In this document: positions 11,191-22,900 of the stretch, piece by piece
How positions within the stretch are numbered: position 1 is the first letter of the stretch
How the letters are laid out: each line of letters begins with the position of its first letter
From: Centroscyllium fabricii
Lineage: Eukaryota
Assembly: GCA_051313645.2 (NCBI GenBank)
Contig: JBNRSN020000004.1
Coordinates: forward strand, 44,516,001-44,580,000
Length of the DNA stretch: 64,000 bases
Direction of reading: 5' to 3'
The notes under the pieces: generated by a model
Told to the model about the DNA's origin: nothing
Databases searched by the model: none
Seen by the model: the letters and a program-made list of their open reading frames with translations, nothing else
Made by a program: the position numbers and the translations under genes

Positions 11191-13589
11191 GTAAGAATAC
11201 ATTTATGGAATTTATTTATCTCAAAGTGTCTTGTTTTAGTCAGACTGGAGATAGTTTTTGAATTTGGTTGACTACAACCGCACAAAATTTATGCACATTC
11301 CTATGCTCCGATTATAGAGCTTGGATATTTTAATGACTCCCTGACATGGATGTGGAATTAGTTGGATTAGTTAATTACTAATTGTCAGATTTTAAAGTAA
11401 ACTTCAAGTAATATACTTCCAGTGCTCGAGAATATTTCTGTAGCATTTAAAAGGGTTGTATCATTTTTCTAACCATAGCAGTGTTACCAATGTGGCAATA
11501 TCCACATTTTAGTTAGAATCGTTCATGTAAGGTTGCATTCCACTGGTTTCCAAATTTAGTTTTTTTTTGCTAGATGCAAAATTGTTCTACAGTAATTTGT
11601 TCTTGATCACTTAAATCGTCCATTTTAAACTAAGAGTACTTGTGTGATGTATGTTTGCTGAATTATTTCAGTTCTGTTTGAGAGCACATGTTCAAATTTT
11701 GTTTAGATCACTGGCAAAACGATAGATTTGCTGCAATTGGTTGTCTTTTTGGTTAAAAACCCCAGGTTCATACATTTCAAATTCAATAATCCCTGCGTGT
11801 TACATGTTCCTGCTGCCGGTGCAATGCCACTTAGATTCAGGTCAGCCTATTGTTAACAGCATTTGAGGAAGGCTACTTATCTGATGGCAATTGTCCATGG
11901 AGTGCACATGTTTGGGAGGTTAACCATGCCAGCAATTAATTTGGCACTTTTCTGCATTGCAACAGAACCACTGGCAGAGTAAAACCTCCATATAAGTATT
12001 CACTACAGGTGTATCTAATTTACTCACTTAATTGTCATCTTACTCAATTAAATTGTAAACAAACGTTTTAAGGTTGAAAGTCAATTATATAAATTGCCCA
12101 CTATCCTCATGCATCTTCAAAGTTCCAAGTCTCTTCTAATGTTGTTTATTTTCTTTAAATATGTAATGTAGGTTAAGTATTTCATGTTAATGAAATTTTT
12201 ATATACTGTAATAAGGGCAATATTTATGTTGACTCTTAAACTATCATGCGTCATCTAGAGTACAACATTGATGTTGGCGTGTAACTTTGATCCAGGCCTT
12301 TTTGTTTTTCTTTCTTCTCTCTTTTTCTTGCTCTCTTTCTGTCTCCCTCCCCCATCATCTTTATTCTCACCAAGTCCAAACCCTATATGGTTTGCCCTAT
12401 CTTATCTCTAATGTTTTACCTCTCTTTCCACTCCTTTGACTTCCACTTCCAACTCGTTCCCCGGTCCTTCACCGGAGACCAAGCTTAAAATCATTATATT
12501 TTGGAATGATCTCCTAAACATCTTGAGCTTGCTACCCTTCTCCCTTGCTTCAAAAGTCTCCTAAGATCCTAAATCTTTTAATTATATTTTAGGTTACTAC
12601 CTGCCCCATGGCATAATCCTCACACATTGCACAGTGTGTAAATTCCATTTGCTGAAAAGAATTAGAAAGAAAGAATTTACATTTATATAACACCTGTCTC
12701 AAACATCCCAAAACACTTCACGTACAATAAATTGCTTTGAATTGTAGATGAACTTGGCAGTCGTGCATGTCAAGTTTTCACAGATGCTTTATTTCCCAGA
12801 ACAGATTAAAGCTGTTGCGGTGATTGCTGGTGGCCGTGAATGACAGGAGCCCTTAAAGACCCAATAACACAGTGGAGAAAGCTGCATTGAACATCCCTTG
12901 TTTAATGTGCATTCCAGCCACATTCATGGATTTATAAATAGTTTCTTTAAATTCAAAATTATACTCTTTTGGTCATCCCATTTTAGGTTTATTGTAGTAT
13001 GTAGCTGTTGGCAATGCTTTTACTTAGTTGCTTGAGAACAAAGACATTGAAAGTAGAACAATTACATTTCTTGATCTATAAGATCCAAATCATGGAAGGG
13101 TATTTTTGTCGAAGCTTGGATTGTTGTGGTTCACAAACCTCTTGTGAGCATTTCAGTACAGGATGTCTTTGCCAACTTTAATTTCAAAAAACCTACAATA
13201 ATGGTAACTTAGAATTTTTTGGGGGGGGGGAGTGGACACGGCAGTAGTGTAGTTTGCATGGTAGAGCACAGAGCAGAAACTTGGATTTGACTTGCACTAA
13301 CCGAGCAACATCTATTTCTTGTATAGAAAATAAATGTCTTATGTTATTTACAGCGGTTTTGAAGAAGTCAGCACACCTCTCAACCTCCTGGCTTTTTTTC
13401 AGGGGGAGAGAGGAAGGGAAGTTATTGCTGAAAGTGTTAGTTCAAGAGCGTTTGTTGCTGAGCATCAAGCATTTGAAGGCTGATCACTAGCAAAAGTTAA
13501 TGCAAGTAGTCCTTTTATTCTGTGGTACTCTACTCTGATAGCTTGGAAACTGAATCTAGTGTACTTTCTGTGCCTAAATAGGTATGAGC

Positions 13590-13925
13590 CATAGAAATGA
13601 ACAGCATAGAATGAGGCCATGTGTTCCACTGTGTCTGTGCTCGCATTTTGTTGGCACAAGCAAAAAGTAATCAAACTGCTGTGCTGTTTCCCCATAGCCC
13701 GTATCCCTCTCTGTTTTAAATATTTATCCAATTTTCCTTAAAAGATGCAATGGTCTCTGCCTAAACCACTCCCTATGGCAAAGCATTCCATGCTCCAACA
13801 CCTGCTGTGTAAGGACGTTAATCCTAGTCCTTTCCTCACTCTTTTAGTGACCGTTTTAAATTGATGATCCCCCTCATCACAGACTCCCCAACCAGAGGAA
13901 AGTCTTTCTTAATGCGAATTGAAAA
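13590..13925 (-). mobile_element. Old CR1 3' fragment
   Basis: catagaaatgaacagcatagaatgaggccat...aaatatttatccaattt...ggcaaagcattcca. Confidence 0.6.
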
Positions 13926-14561
13926 CCTGTAATATCTTCAATTATATTTGTTCATAAACATTAACATATTGGCTTTGTATCCTCAGATCTAGTTAGATTT
14001 GGAATCTGGTCATTCTTTCAAACTTCCTAAAAGGTATTCACACCAATCCTTAGCTGTTTTTCCTCCACAATGCCTCAAATATACCAGAGCCATCTACTCC
14101 CAGGGTTTTGCTATTACTGCTTTGAAGCCACCAACTAGAAGGGAGCACAAGAATGGTCTGGGATAAAGGCAGAATGCACAAGATAGCTGTGTGAAACTGC
14201 CATGTGGCGCAGTGTCTGTGTATTTAATAAGTATTACCGTGACCCCCCTCCCAGGAGTTTCAGCCTGAGGGAGCAGTTCTTAACCTGGCCTAGTCAAATG
14301 AATTTCTCTTGCCGCCTGTGGAAGCTCTGTTGTATCATTGCTTACCCTGGTATATGTTTGAGGCCTGAAAACAGGATAACTTGCTGAGATGTAGTTATCC
14401 TCTTCCTCCTCTCCTTTCTAAACTCCTACTACAGAAAGTGTGTACATGTGCTTGCTTGGTAAGCACACTGAAATGTGACTGGCAGCAGTTCCTGAGGAAA
14501 ATAGGTTGTTAAAGCTATTGCACCAGTACAGATTTCCAGAGGAGCTGCAAACTGGCAAGTA

Positions 14562-14877
14562 CAGGTTGAGCACCGGTAATCCGGCACCCTCGGAACCAGG
14601 CCGGCGCCAGACCACAGAAAATTCCGGACCACTGAAGGTTCGGGGGGAGCGCGCGGGTAGAACACTCCCCGGGAGGGAGCCCGGGGATAGAACACTTACA
14701 AAACCTAAAAAAGCAGAAACCCAAACACCCGACGCCTTCGGCGCTCGCTCAGCCTTCCAGGGAAACGGTGGTGCCGCCAAGCGGCTGCTCCGCAAAATGA
14801 AAAGCGCCAGTTTCCAATCGTGCCGGACCACTGAAGCTGCCGGACCATCGGGTGCCGGATTACCGGTGCTCAACCTG
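14562..14877. mobile_element. Tigger-like MITE, copy 1
   Basis: Perfect 28-bp TIR caggttgagcaccggtaatccggcaccc; TA TSD. Confidence 0.9.
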
Positions 14878-14887
14878 TACTACTTTA

Positions 14888-15830
14888 ATCATAGAATCAT
14901 AGAAACTTTACAGTGCGGATAAAGGCCATTCGGCCCATCCAGTCCGCACCGGCCCAGGAAACTCCTCACTATACTAACCCCATTTGCCCGCATCTGGCCC
15001 ATAACCCTGTATGTTACGGTCCTTCATGTGCTGGTCCAAATATTTTTTAAATGTTGCGATGGTTTCTGCCTCCACCACCCTTACAGGCAGGGAGTTCCAC
15101 ACTTCCACCACCCTCTGAGTAAAGAAATTTCTCCTTACCTCCCCCCTAAACCTCCCCCCCCTAATCTTGAATCTATGTCCCCTGGTACTTGACTCTCCCA
15201 CCAAGGGAAACAATGCCCCTTTATCCACCCTATCGTGTCCTCTCATGATCCTGTACACCTCAATCATGTCACCCCTCAATCTTCTCTTCTCCAAGGCAAA
15301 CAACCCCAGCCTGTCCAGCCTTTCCTCGTAGCATAAGTCCCCCAGACCAGGTATCATCCTGGTAAACCTTCTCTGCACCCTCTCCAGGGCAACCACATCC
15401 TTCCTGAAGTGCGGTGACCAGAACTGCACACAGTACTCCAGCTGAGGTCTCACCAGCGTGTTATACAAGTTTAACATTACCTCCCTACTTTTGTACACTA
15501 TGCCCTGGTTAATAAAGGCCAGAATTCCGTATGCCTTCTTAACCACCTTGTTTACGTGTCCAGCAACCTTCAGGGAGCTGTGCACCTGTACCCCAAGGTC
15601 CCTCTGTTCCTCGGTCCTACCTGATGTTTTTTTGTTCATGGTATATTCCCTTACCCCATTTGGTCTGCCGAATTGTATGACCTCGCATTTCTCTGGGTTG
15701 AACTCCATTTGCCATTTTTCTGCCCAACTAACCATTACATTTATATCTTCCTGGAGCCTTTTACTATCTTCTTCGTTATTTACCACCCTTCCAATTTTCG
15801 TATCATCAGCAAATTTGCTGATCGTTCCCA
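14888..15830 (-). mobile_element. 5'-truncated CR1 LINE with an uninterrupted ORF2 C-terminus
   Basis: ORF 14974-15831 (ISKFADDTKIG...VRPQLEYCVQFWSP...); atcatagaatcataga tail. Confidence 0.92.
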
Positions 15831-16461
15831 TTAAAGGAATCTAATGGGAACATAATCAAAGCAGAGCATTACGTTTTGCTGTTGTTGGAGTCATATCTGT
15901 TTTTTTATTATGATTATTACTGGGTACTGTTTTTATAGAAAAGCCCCATATTATTTAAATGTCCTGCTTCACCCCTTCCCATGTATAATATGTGCACATT
16001 CTTCACATTGAAGATGGTTTGTAAAATCTAAATTTTGCTGAACACATCTTTAGCTAAAAGTGTGTGGAATCATCAGCGTGTACTTTGGAAATAAGAGGGA
16101 ATGTGATTTTTTTTTTGGTGTTCCTCATTCCCCAACCGTTCCAAAATACTCTAATGACACCTGGCAGTAATTGTGCTCATGATCTTAGTGTAGCCCATCA
16201 TGTAATCCTTTGTTCTACCACATTTTTCACTGCTGTCACCTTTTGGGTGCTGCCATCCACAGTGGTGTTTAATACTTTCACAGGTGCAGAATATATTTAG
16301 ATTTTGTTTAGGCATTCCACCTCATGTAGGTTCATCTCAACATTTATTTTCTTCTTCTTTTGTTTATGTCACTTGTTACAGTATTAGACCCCATTGCAGG
16401 GCCTTCTAAAGGTAGAACTGCCAGTTCAGATAGTAGCTGCTGATCAATAATGTATTTAAAA

Positions 16462-16650
16462 TAATAACAGAAAATGCTGGAAGCACTCAGCAGGTGAGGT
16501 AGCATCTGTGGAAAGAAGAATGTTAATGTTTTAGGTCACGACCCTTGGTCAGAATCCTACCTTCCACAGATGCTGCCTGACCTGCTGAGTGTTTCCAGCA
16601 TGTTCTGTTTATATTTCAGTTTTCCAGCATCCGCAGTATCTTGCTTTTTG
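16462..16650. mobile_element. Penelope-like terminal-repeat remnant in inverted (fold-back) arrangement
   Basis: acagaaaatgctggaagcactcagcagg...gcatctgtggaa and its reverse complement ttccacagatgctgcctgacctgctgagtgtttccagcatgttctgt, with a degenerate hammerhead core between them. Confidence 0.65.
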
Positions 16651-18055
16651 AATAGATTTATTTAAATCATTTTCTAACCCAAAATTGCATTTGTTCAGCT
16701 TCCACTATGAGTTCTATTGACTTTGGAATTTATATTTGTTCCTATCCCGGGAGGAATTTTATGGGATAATCATTTGAACTTCCCAAAGGAGTAGTAAACC
16801 CTTTTTAAAACAAAGCATACGTATTTTTCTACTCCCTATCTCTTTTGCCTCCCTGCCCAGCTTTCTGATTTTAAAAAGGAGTGACCCAGGCTAGTGCTCC
16901 ATTAAACCAACTTTCCCCTGACCTGCAGCACGAACTCCCTGGGAAACTGGGTCAGGTGAGTGCAACTGCTCAACCACATTAAATATGGTGAATCTAGCAG
17001 AGTAGCAAGGGTACTGCATAAAATTATTGCCAAACTTGCCAGGTGTTTGAAGAATCCTAATTGTGATTTTACTGCTGTTAATTCCAAATTAAGATAATTT
17101 GAGGGTTTAAGACTATTGTATAGTTTCGTGATCAGAATTTTGGCTGCCATTACACTCCTGCCCTGTTGGCATGGCTATCATAGCTGCTAGAAATGTTTAC
17201 GTAATGCATAGGTGCCCACAACCAGGTATAGCCGTAACATTTTCACCTACGTGTACAGAAAACAGTCCAGTCAGGTGCAAACAAGTTGAATCATTTTAGT
17301 TTAATTATTAATGGAGAGTTAAACCAGCCTTACTGCTACGGTATTAGTGTATGGATAAGGTTTATATATTTTTTAAGTATGAAATATATACATATTAGAA
17401 GAATAGCACACCACTAAGTATATGTATATAGCACAGGAGAAAGTCTTGATACAGTATAGGGAAAGCAGCTAAATGTGGTTAACATGGATCCTTAAAGGGG
17501 CCAAACACATGAATAATTTGTTTTGGACTTTCTGCTTTGGGGGGCTATGCAAATTGTATGATAAGAATAAGGGTATTTACAGTCAAGATTACTCTGTTTC
17601 AGGTGAGTAAAGTACCAATTTGCATAGTGTTCTAAATGCAGCATGCAATGGTTTCCCCAACAACTTAACGCCCATCTTCAGTGCTGATTTGCTGAAATAA
17701 AGTTGGCTTTAATTGGGATTCATTTTGAGTTCAGGAAGGTATTTTCTTTATGAAGAAACTAGTTGCCATGAAGCTTTCTTCCTCCAGATGTTTTACTTTC
17801 TACTGTGGAGAATTTTCTGCCCCTTATTGTTAAACCTCTCTCCTCTTCTGACATCTCCACGCACCTTTTTCACAGCCAATGGGAGCAGCAGAAGACCTGC
17901 TTGTAGATCTCTGCTTCTTCAAAGCTGGTTGCAAGGAAGTGCCTGAAAGTAGACCAGGGTAACTAGCATGGAGGTGATGTACATGAGCAACCGACGATGG
18001 CTCCCAGTTTCCCCCCCCCCTCTCGTGGTGAAGCACCTGGTCTCTAATTATTATG

Positions 18056-18145
18056 CAACAAGTCACACAACACCAGATTTATAGTCCAACGGTTTTATTT
18101 TAAATCACAAGCTTTCGGAGCTTTTGCCCCTTCGTCAGGTGAACA
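18056..18145 (-). mobile_element. Penelope-like terminal-repeat fragment (same family as 54455-54583)
   Basis: gtcacacaacaccagatttatagtccaacggttttattt is shared with 54463-54500; carries a hammerhead motif and a minus-strand AATAAA. Confidence 0.65.
18105..18142 (-). ncRNA. Minimal type I hammerhead ribozyme motif
   Basis: Minus strand UCAC-CUGACGA-A-GGGGC-AAAA-GCUCC-GAAA-GC-UU-GUGA: core boxes, stem I, stem II and a palindromic AAGCUU stem III. Confidence 0.7.
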
Positions 18146-18903
18146 AAGAGAGACTGAACTCAAAGATCACACATGGGGGAGGGGAGAAATCCGATCTCAT
18201 ACATCTAACCCTAGAGCACACAAAGGCATATTAGCATATTTTAACACCTCAGTCTGCGAACAATGAGACACAGTTGCAAGGGGGGTCAAATGCTGTAAAA
18301 CACACAGAATGATTTTTTTTAAAAAGAGGCAAAAAACCCACAAAAATGTCCCTAGTCCGGATGACTCTACGTCAGGCGGGACATCAAAGCAGTCCAAGAT
18401 TCTCCAACACATCAAAAGGGTGCAGTCGCAGGTCCAAACTAGCGTTTGTGATGGCCAAAAATTGTCTATTTACTTTCTATGAATAACTGGCTTCTGGTGT
18501 TCATTGGCTGTTCTGTAGCTCGGTATTTGGTGGCTTATTTGCAAGTCGCATGTGCAGGTGTGGATGGGATCGGGCAACTGCAATGGCCATGGGTCAAATA
18601 GCCTGATTCACTGTCTATCTCACACATGAAAAAGGCAACTCGGGTGAGGTAGTAGAGGGCCACGGGTGCCTGAAGAAAATCACTCCAGCAAGCGTACAAA
18701 ACTTTAGGAGAGCAAAGGAGATTATTGGCAGGGTTGGGTGAAAATGCCACAGTTGACTTAGCTGAATAGGCACAAGAAATTTCTGCAAACTTTGGTAACC
18801 TCACAATGGATAATTGTACCTAAAGAAGGAAAGAGGTGTACCTATAGGTGTGGAATTCTGGCAGTAAATTGACTCTAGCTGTCTCTGCTATACTTCCATA
18901 TAG

Positions 18904-18987
18904 CAATGCAATGAAAGTAAAGAGTGAATGGTTTCTACAGAGAGATTCCAATGGCGAGACACCTTCTCTTATCAACTGGCCTTCCAG
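18904..18987 (+). CDS. SVIL: SVIL 84-nt symmetric exon ([28 protein letters not shown]), archvillin-type insert
   Basis: Acceptor ccatatag|caatg, donor ccag|gtactg, phase 2-2; matches the archvillin motif [21 protein letters not shown]. Not in the ORF track. Confidence 0.93.
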
Positions 18988-19535
18988 GTACTGTGGAATG
19001 TGACTTTCTTTTGTAATTTTCAGATCATTCCTAACCACACATTTTAGCCATTGATGTGTGTTTTCCATATTTCTCATCAGATCATTGTGTGTTCCCAGTG
19101 TTGGCCAGCATTTTATGTTGGTTTGACGTCTTTCCTGGTAGAAAGATCTATCTCGAAACTTCACATACTAAACTCATTGTTCATTTTCTTGTATCTCCAT
19201 AATTGATTTGTTGGGTTTTGGGTGTGCATGACTAATTCTTACCCGGACCTCAAACAACACACAAATGTGGCTCAGTTCCCAGTCACATTTTAACCATTCA
19301 TCAAAACCCCTCCCTTGCCATGTTTTGTGTGATTATTGCTATAAAATCCATAGTGCTCTTCTGATGCCAGCATAAACCAAGGAGTTGGTCACATGATGGA
19401 TGGAGAAGCAGCTCAATCAATAGTTTAATATTCATTTACTAAACTTTAAAATTCAAATCTAGATAAAATTGATGCTGGATTTGTTTTTATTACTATACTA
19501 AGATGTAAATAATGGAATTGGCTGGATTACTGTTA

Positions 19536-19880
19536 CAGGTTGAGCACCGTTAATCCGGCACCCTTGGGACCAGGCCGGTGCCGAACCACTGAAAATTCCG
19601 AACTACTGAAGGTTTGGGGGGAGCGCGCGGTAGTACACTCCCCAGGGCCCGGAGCGCGCGGGTAGAACACTCCGAGAGGGAGCCCGGGGATAGAACACTT
19701 ACAAAACTTAAAAAAACAGAAACCCAAACACCCGACGCCTTCGGCGATCGCTCACCCTTCCCAGGAAATGGTGGCGCCACCGAGCGGCTGCTCCGCAAAA
19801 TGAAGAGCGCCGGTTTCCAATCGTGCCGGACCACTGAAGCTGTCGGACCATCGGGCGTCGGATTACCGGTGCTCAATCTG
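19536..19880. mobile_element. Tigger-like MITE, copy 2
   Basis: Same TIR family as 14562-14877; TA flanks. Confidence 0.9.
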
Positions 19881-20599
19881 TAGTTAATCTGACATTATTT
19901 TGGTCAAGTATAGGGACACTGATTACTTCATAGAGATAGAAAAGACAAACTGGGAGAGGTATAAGCATCTACTGTAGACCACCAGGTGTTGTAGCCATAT
20001 AAGGGAAATGCGTACAGGAACAGATGCAATTGTTGGGGTGGTGTCAACTTAACAGACGTAGATTACAAAATCTATAAAGTGTGCTACAGGAATGAACACG
20101 TGATCCTAGATACAATGTTCGATAGTTAAATTAAATAATGAGTCATGGATCACACTGGAGCAGGGGTGCTATCGGGGCCAATATTGGGACCAGGAGATGG
20201 TAAAACAGATCAGAATCGGAACACGTCATCAATGGCGACCACTATATGGTGGAGTTTCATTCGAGTTGAGAAAGGCAGATTGAGGGGCATGCTCAGGAAG
20301 TGGTGCTGGACTGTACTGTTGAAAGGGAAAAGCAATGAAGAAGGCTAACAAAGAGCAAAAACCCAAGGTAGGCAAAATGGAAGTAATGTGGAGAATAAGG
20401 GCAACAGGATTGTATTTCTAAAGTATAAAGCTACAGGTGGCATAGTGCACTTAGACAAATATAAAAAACAAGGTAATGGAGGTTGTGGAACTGGTCAGAA
20501 GAGCTGAATTATAAAATAAGATTAGAATATCAAAGGATATTAAAAGAAATGTCGAGCATTTCTCGAAATATATTTGCAGCAAGCAGGTTAGAAAAGGAA

Positions 20600-22900
20600 G
20601 CGGTGGAGCCATCGAAAGATCCCAAAACTGACATGATATCCAATGACCAAAGACAGCAAATATACTAAATGAATTCTTCTGTGTTCATAGAAGACTACGG
20701 AACACTTCCCAGTGTAAAAGGCAAATTTCAGAGAAGGGTGGTGGGGACAGTGAAAGTGCTAAAGGATTTATAAATTTCAGATAAGATGGTCACTGACAGG
20801 CTAGGGATTAAATGCAAGGTGCAAGACCCAATGGACTTCTTGCAAGAGGATTTAAAGAATTGGTTAGCAAAATCAGTTGCTTCTTTGCAATCTTTAGGGA
20901 ATCATTAGAAACAGAAGTGGTGCCCAAGGATTGGAAAGTAGCTAATAAAACAACAATCTTTAAAAAGCAGAGATCGTTCAGGAAACTACAGGTTAGTGAG
21001 CTTAACAGCCAGTGTGGGTAAAGCCTTAGAATAATTGCTGAAAGTGGCTAATGAAATACCTAGATAGGTATGTCATGGAAGAGGAAGTTAATATAGATTT
21101 ATGACCGACCACCTTTGACAACAGAAATTCTGTGGATATGATTTCAGTAAGTCTTTGAATTTTGTGCCACATGAGATTAGTTAACAAGGCAGGAAGGCAA
21201 GCTTCTGAGGTGGATTGAAAAATGACCAAACCAGGGAAAGCAAAGGGTGGCTTTGAGTGGAATTGGATTGCTATAGCATTGGATCACTGGAGGCACCACA
21301 GCGATCTATGCTGGAGCCAGTGCTGTTTCCAGTGTATTTAAATGATTTGGATCTAGAACCAGAAACAAAGTTATCTGCAGATGACTCTGCTCTTTGGTCG
21401 GGGTGGGGGTCGGGGGTGGTTCAAGCAATAGCATCAAGTAAATCAAATACAAAGGGCCCTAGATAGGTTGGGATGGTAGGATGATGAATTGCACTTGGCA
21501 CTTAATGTGGGCAAATGTAAGCTGATGGACTAGAGGGAAAGTGAGAATATAAATTAATTGGCTGTAGGCTACAAGACATGACGCAGGAGAGGAATCTGGG
21601 GTAATTATGGATAGCTCATGTAAAACAGCAGCACAGTGTACATCAGCCTGTAAGGAATTCCTACTCCAGTCTCTGGATGTGCAGCACGCATCCTAGGAGG
21701 CGATGACTGTACCAGGGGCTGGTATTGCCAGACCTGGAGTTCTGTGTACAATTATGGTCACCACACTACAGTAAGGATGGTCAAGCATTGGAATTGGACC
21801 CTGAAAAGAGCAGCCAAGCCGACCCCTAGTCCCCGATATTTGCAGGGAGGGAGCAGGCTGCAAAATGCCCAGAATACGAAGGTCCTGTCGAATTTAATGA
21901 CAGGACTTCATTAACATTTTTTTACCCCGTTTCCCACCCAGCAGATTGAGAGGCTGACCAGCTGCCGGGTGGGAAAACCAGCGGTAGAAGGCTGCAGCTG
22001 GGGACTGTCTCCGGCATTTGGGAGAGGATCGGGGCATGGTGGGGGGGGGGCAGGTGGTGGTGGTCGGGGGGGGGGGGCAGGTGGTGGTGGTTGGGGGGGG
22101 GGGCGCAGGTGGTGGTGGTCGGGGGTGGGGCAGGTGGTAGGTGGTGGTGGTCGGAGTGCGGCAGTGAGGAGGGAGAAATTGCAGGAGTTGGGTGGGGGGG
22201 GGTAGGAGGGGCTGAAAATTGCAGCAGAAGATTTGCTTAAGGGGCCGGCAGAAGCACTCCTGGCCCACAAACCGTGCTCTGCAAAGCACTTAGCTGCTGG
22301 ATCTGGCAGTTCCCACTGCCCTTTAGCTGCTGGGTTTCCTGAGCCTGGGGAAACCCAGCCTGCAGCTATTAAATTCAAATGGCAGGAATGGAACCTGATT
22401 AACACATTGAAATCACTGACCCGCCTGTCCAAAGTGGGTTACCCGGACGCCCCCAAACCCGCCGCGGTTAAATCAGAAGTAGGCGCGTTCCCGGCAGGTT
22501 GAGTTTGGGTTTCACATTTACCGATTTACCCTCTGCTGCCCATTGTGAAGGCATTAAAATTTCCTCCACCCCAGTGTAAAGCATCTGAACTAGGAGGAGA
22601 GGTTGAAAAGCCTAGGATTGTTTGCTCTGCTGAAAAGAAGGCTCAAAGGAAGATGATATTCACGTATCTGAAGGGAATAGTGAAATTGAACTGTGATAAT
22701 GCATTTGAGATTGCTGCTACAAATCCTAAAACCCAGGTTCGAGTTTAGAAGGGAAGGTGCCGAGCCAGTTCTGATTCAACTATTTCACATCATAGGATGC
22801 GGCTTCTCTGGAACAGTATCACAGGAAGTCAGCAGGCCAGATAGTGTAAATAAATTAAAGGAGAATTGGATAGATATTTGAGGGAGTGGACAATTGAAAA
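20600..22900 (+). mobile_element. Heavily decayed CR1 ORF2 (RT to 3' region), interrupted by an insertion at ~21830-22570
   Basis: IFRESLETEVVPKDWKVAN..IFKK, PQRSMLEPVLFPVYLNDLD and LEFCVQLWSPHY remnants. Confidence 0.65.
21830..22570. mobile_element. Probable non-autonomous DNA transposon with an internal G-rich tandem array (22030-22205)
   Basis: GC-rich insert splitting the CR1 remnant; repeated G-run + caggtggtggtggt units. Confidence 0.5.

Noticed and set aside
14974-15831. Functional or domesticated reverse transcriptase gene (also 50031-51026 and 52789-53685), or a retron/DGR-like system
   Set aside because: These are 5'-truncated or frameshifted LINE ORF2 pieces with LINE tails; the open frames reflect recent insertion.
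21894-22502. Pro-rich and Gly-rich ORFs resembling formin or extensin
   Set aside because: Translations of the G-run tandem array, with no splice or homology support.
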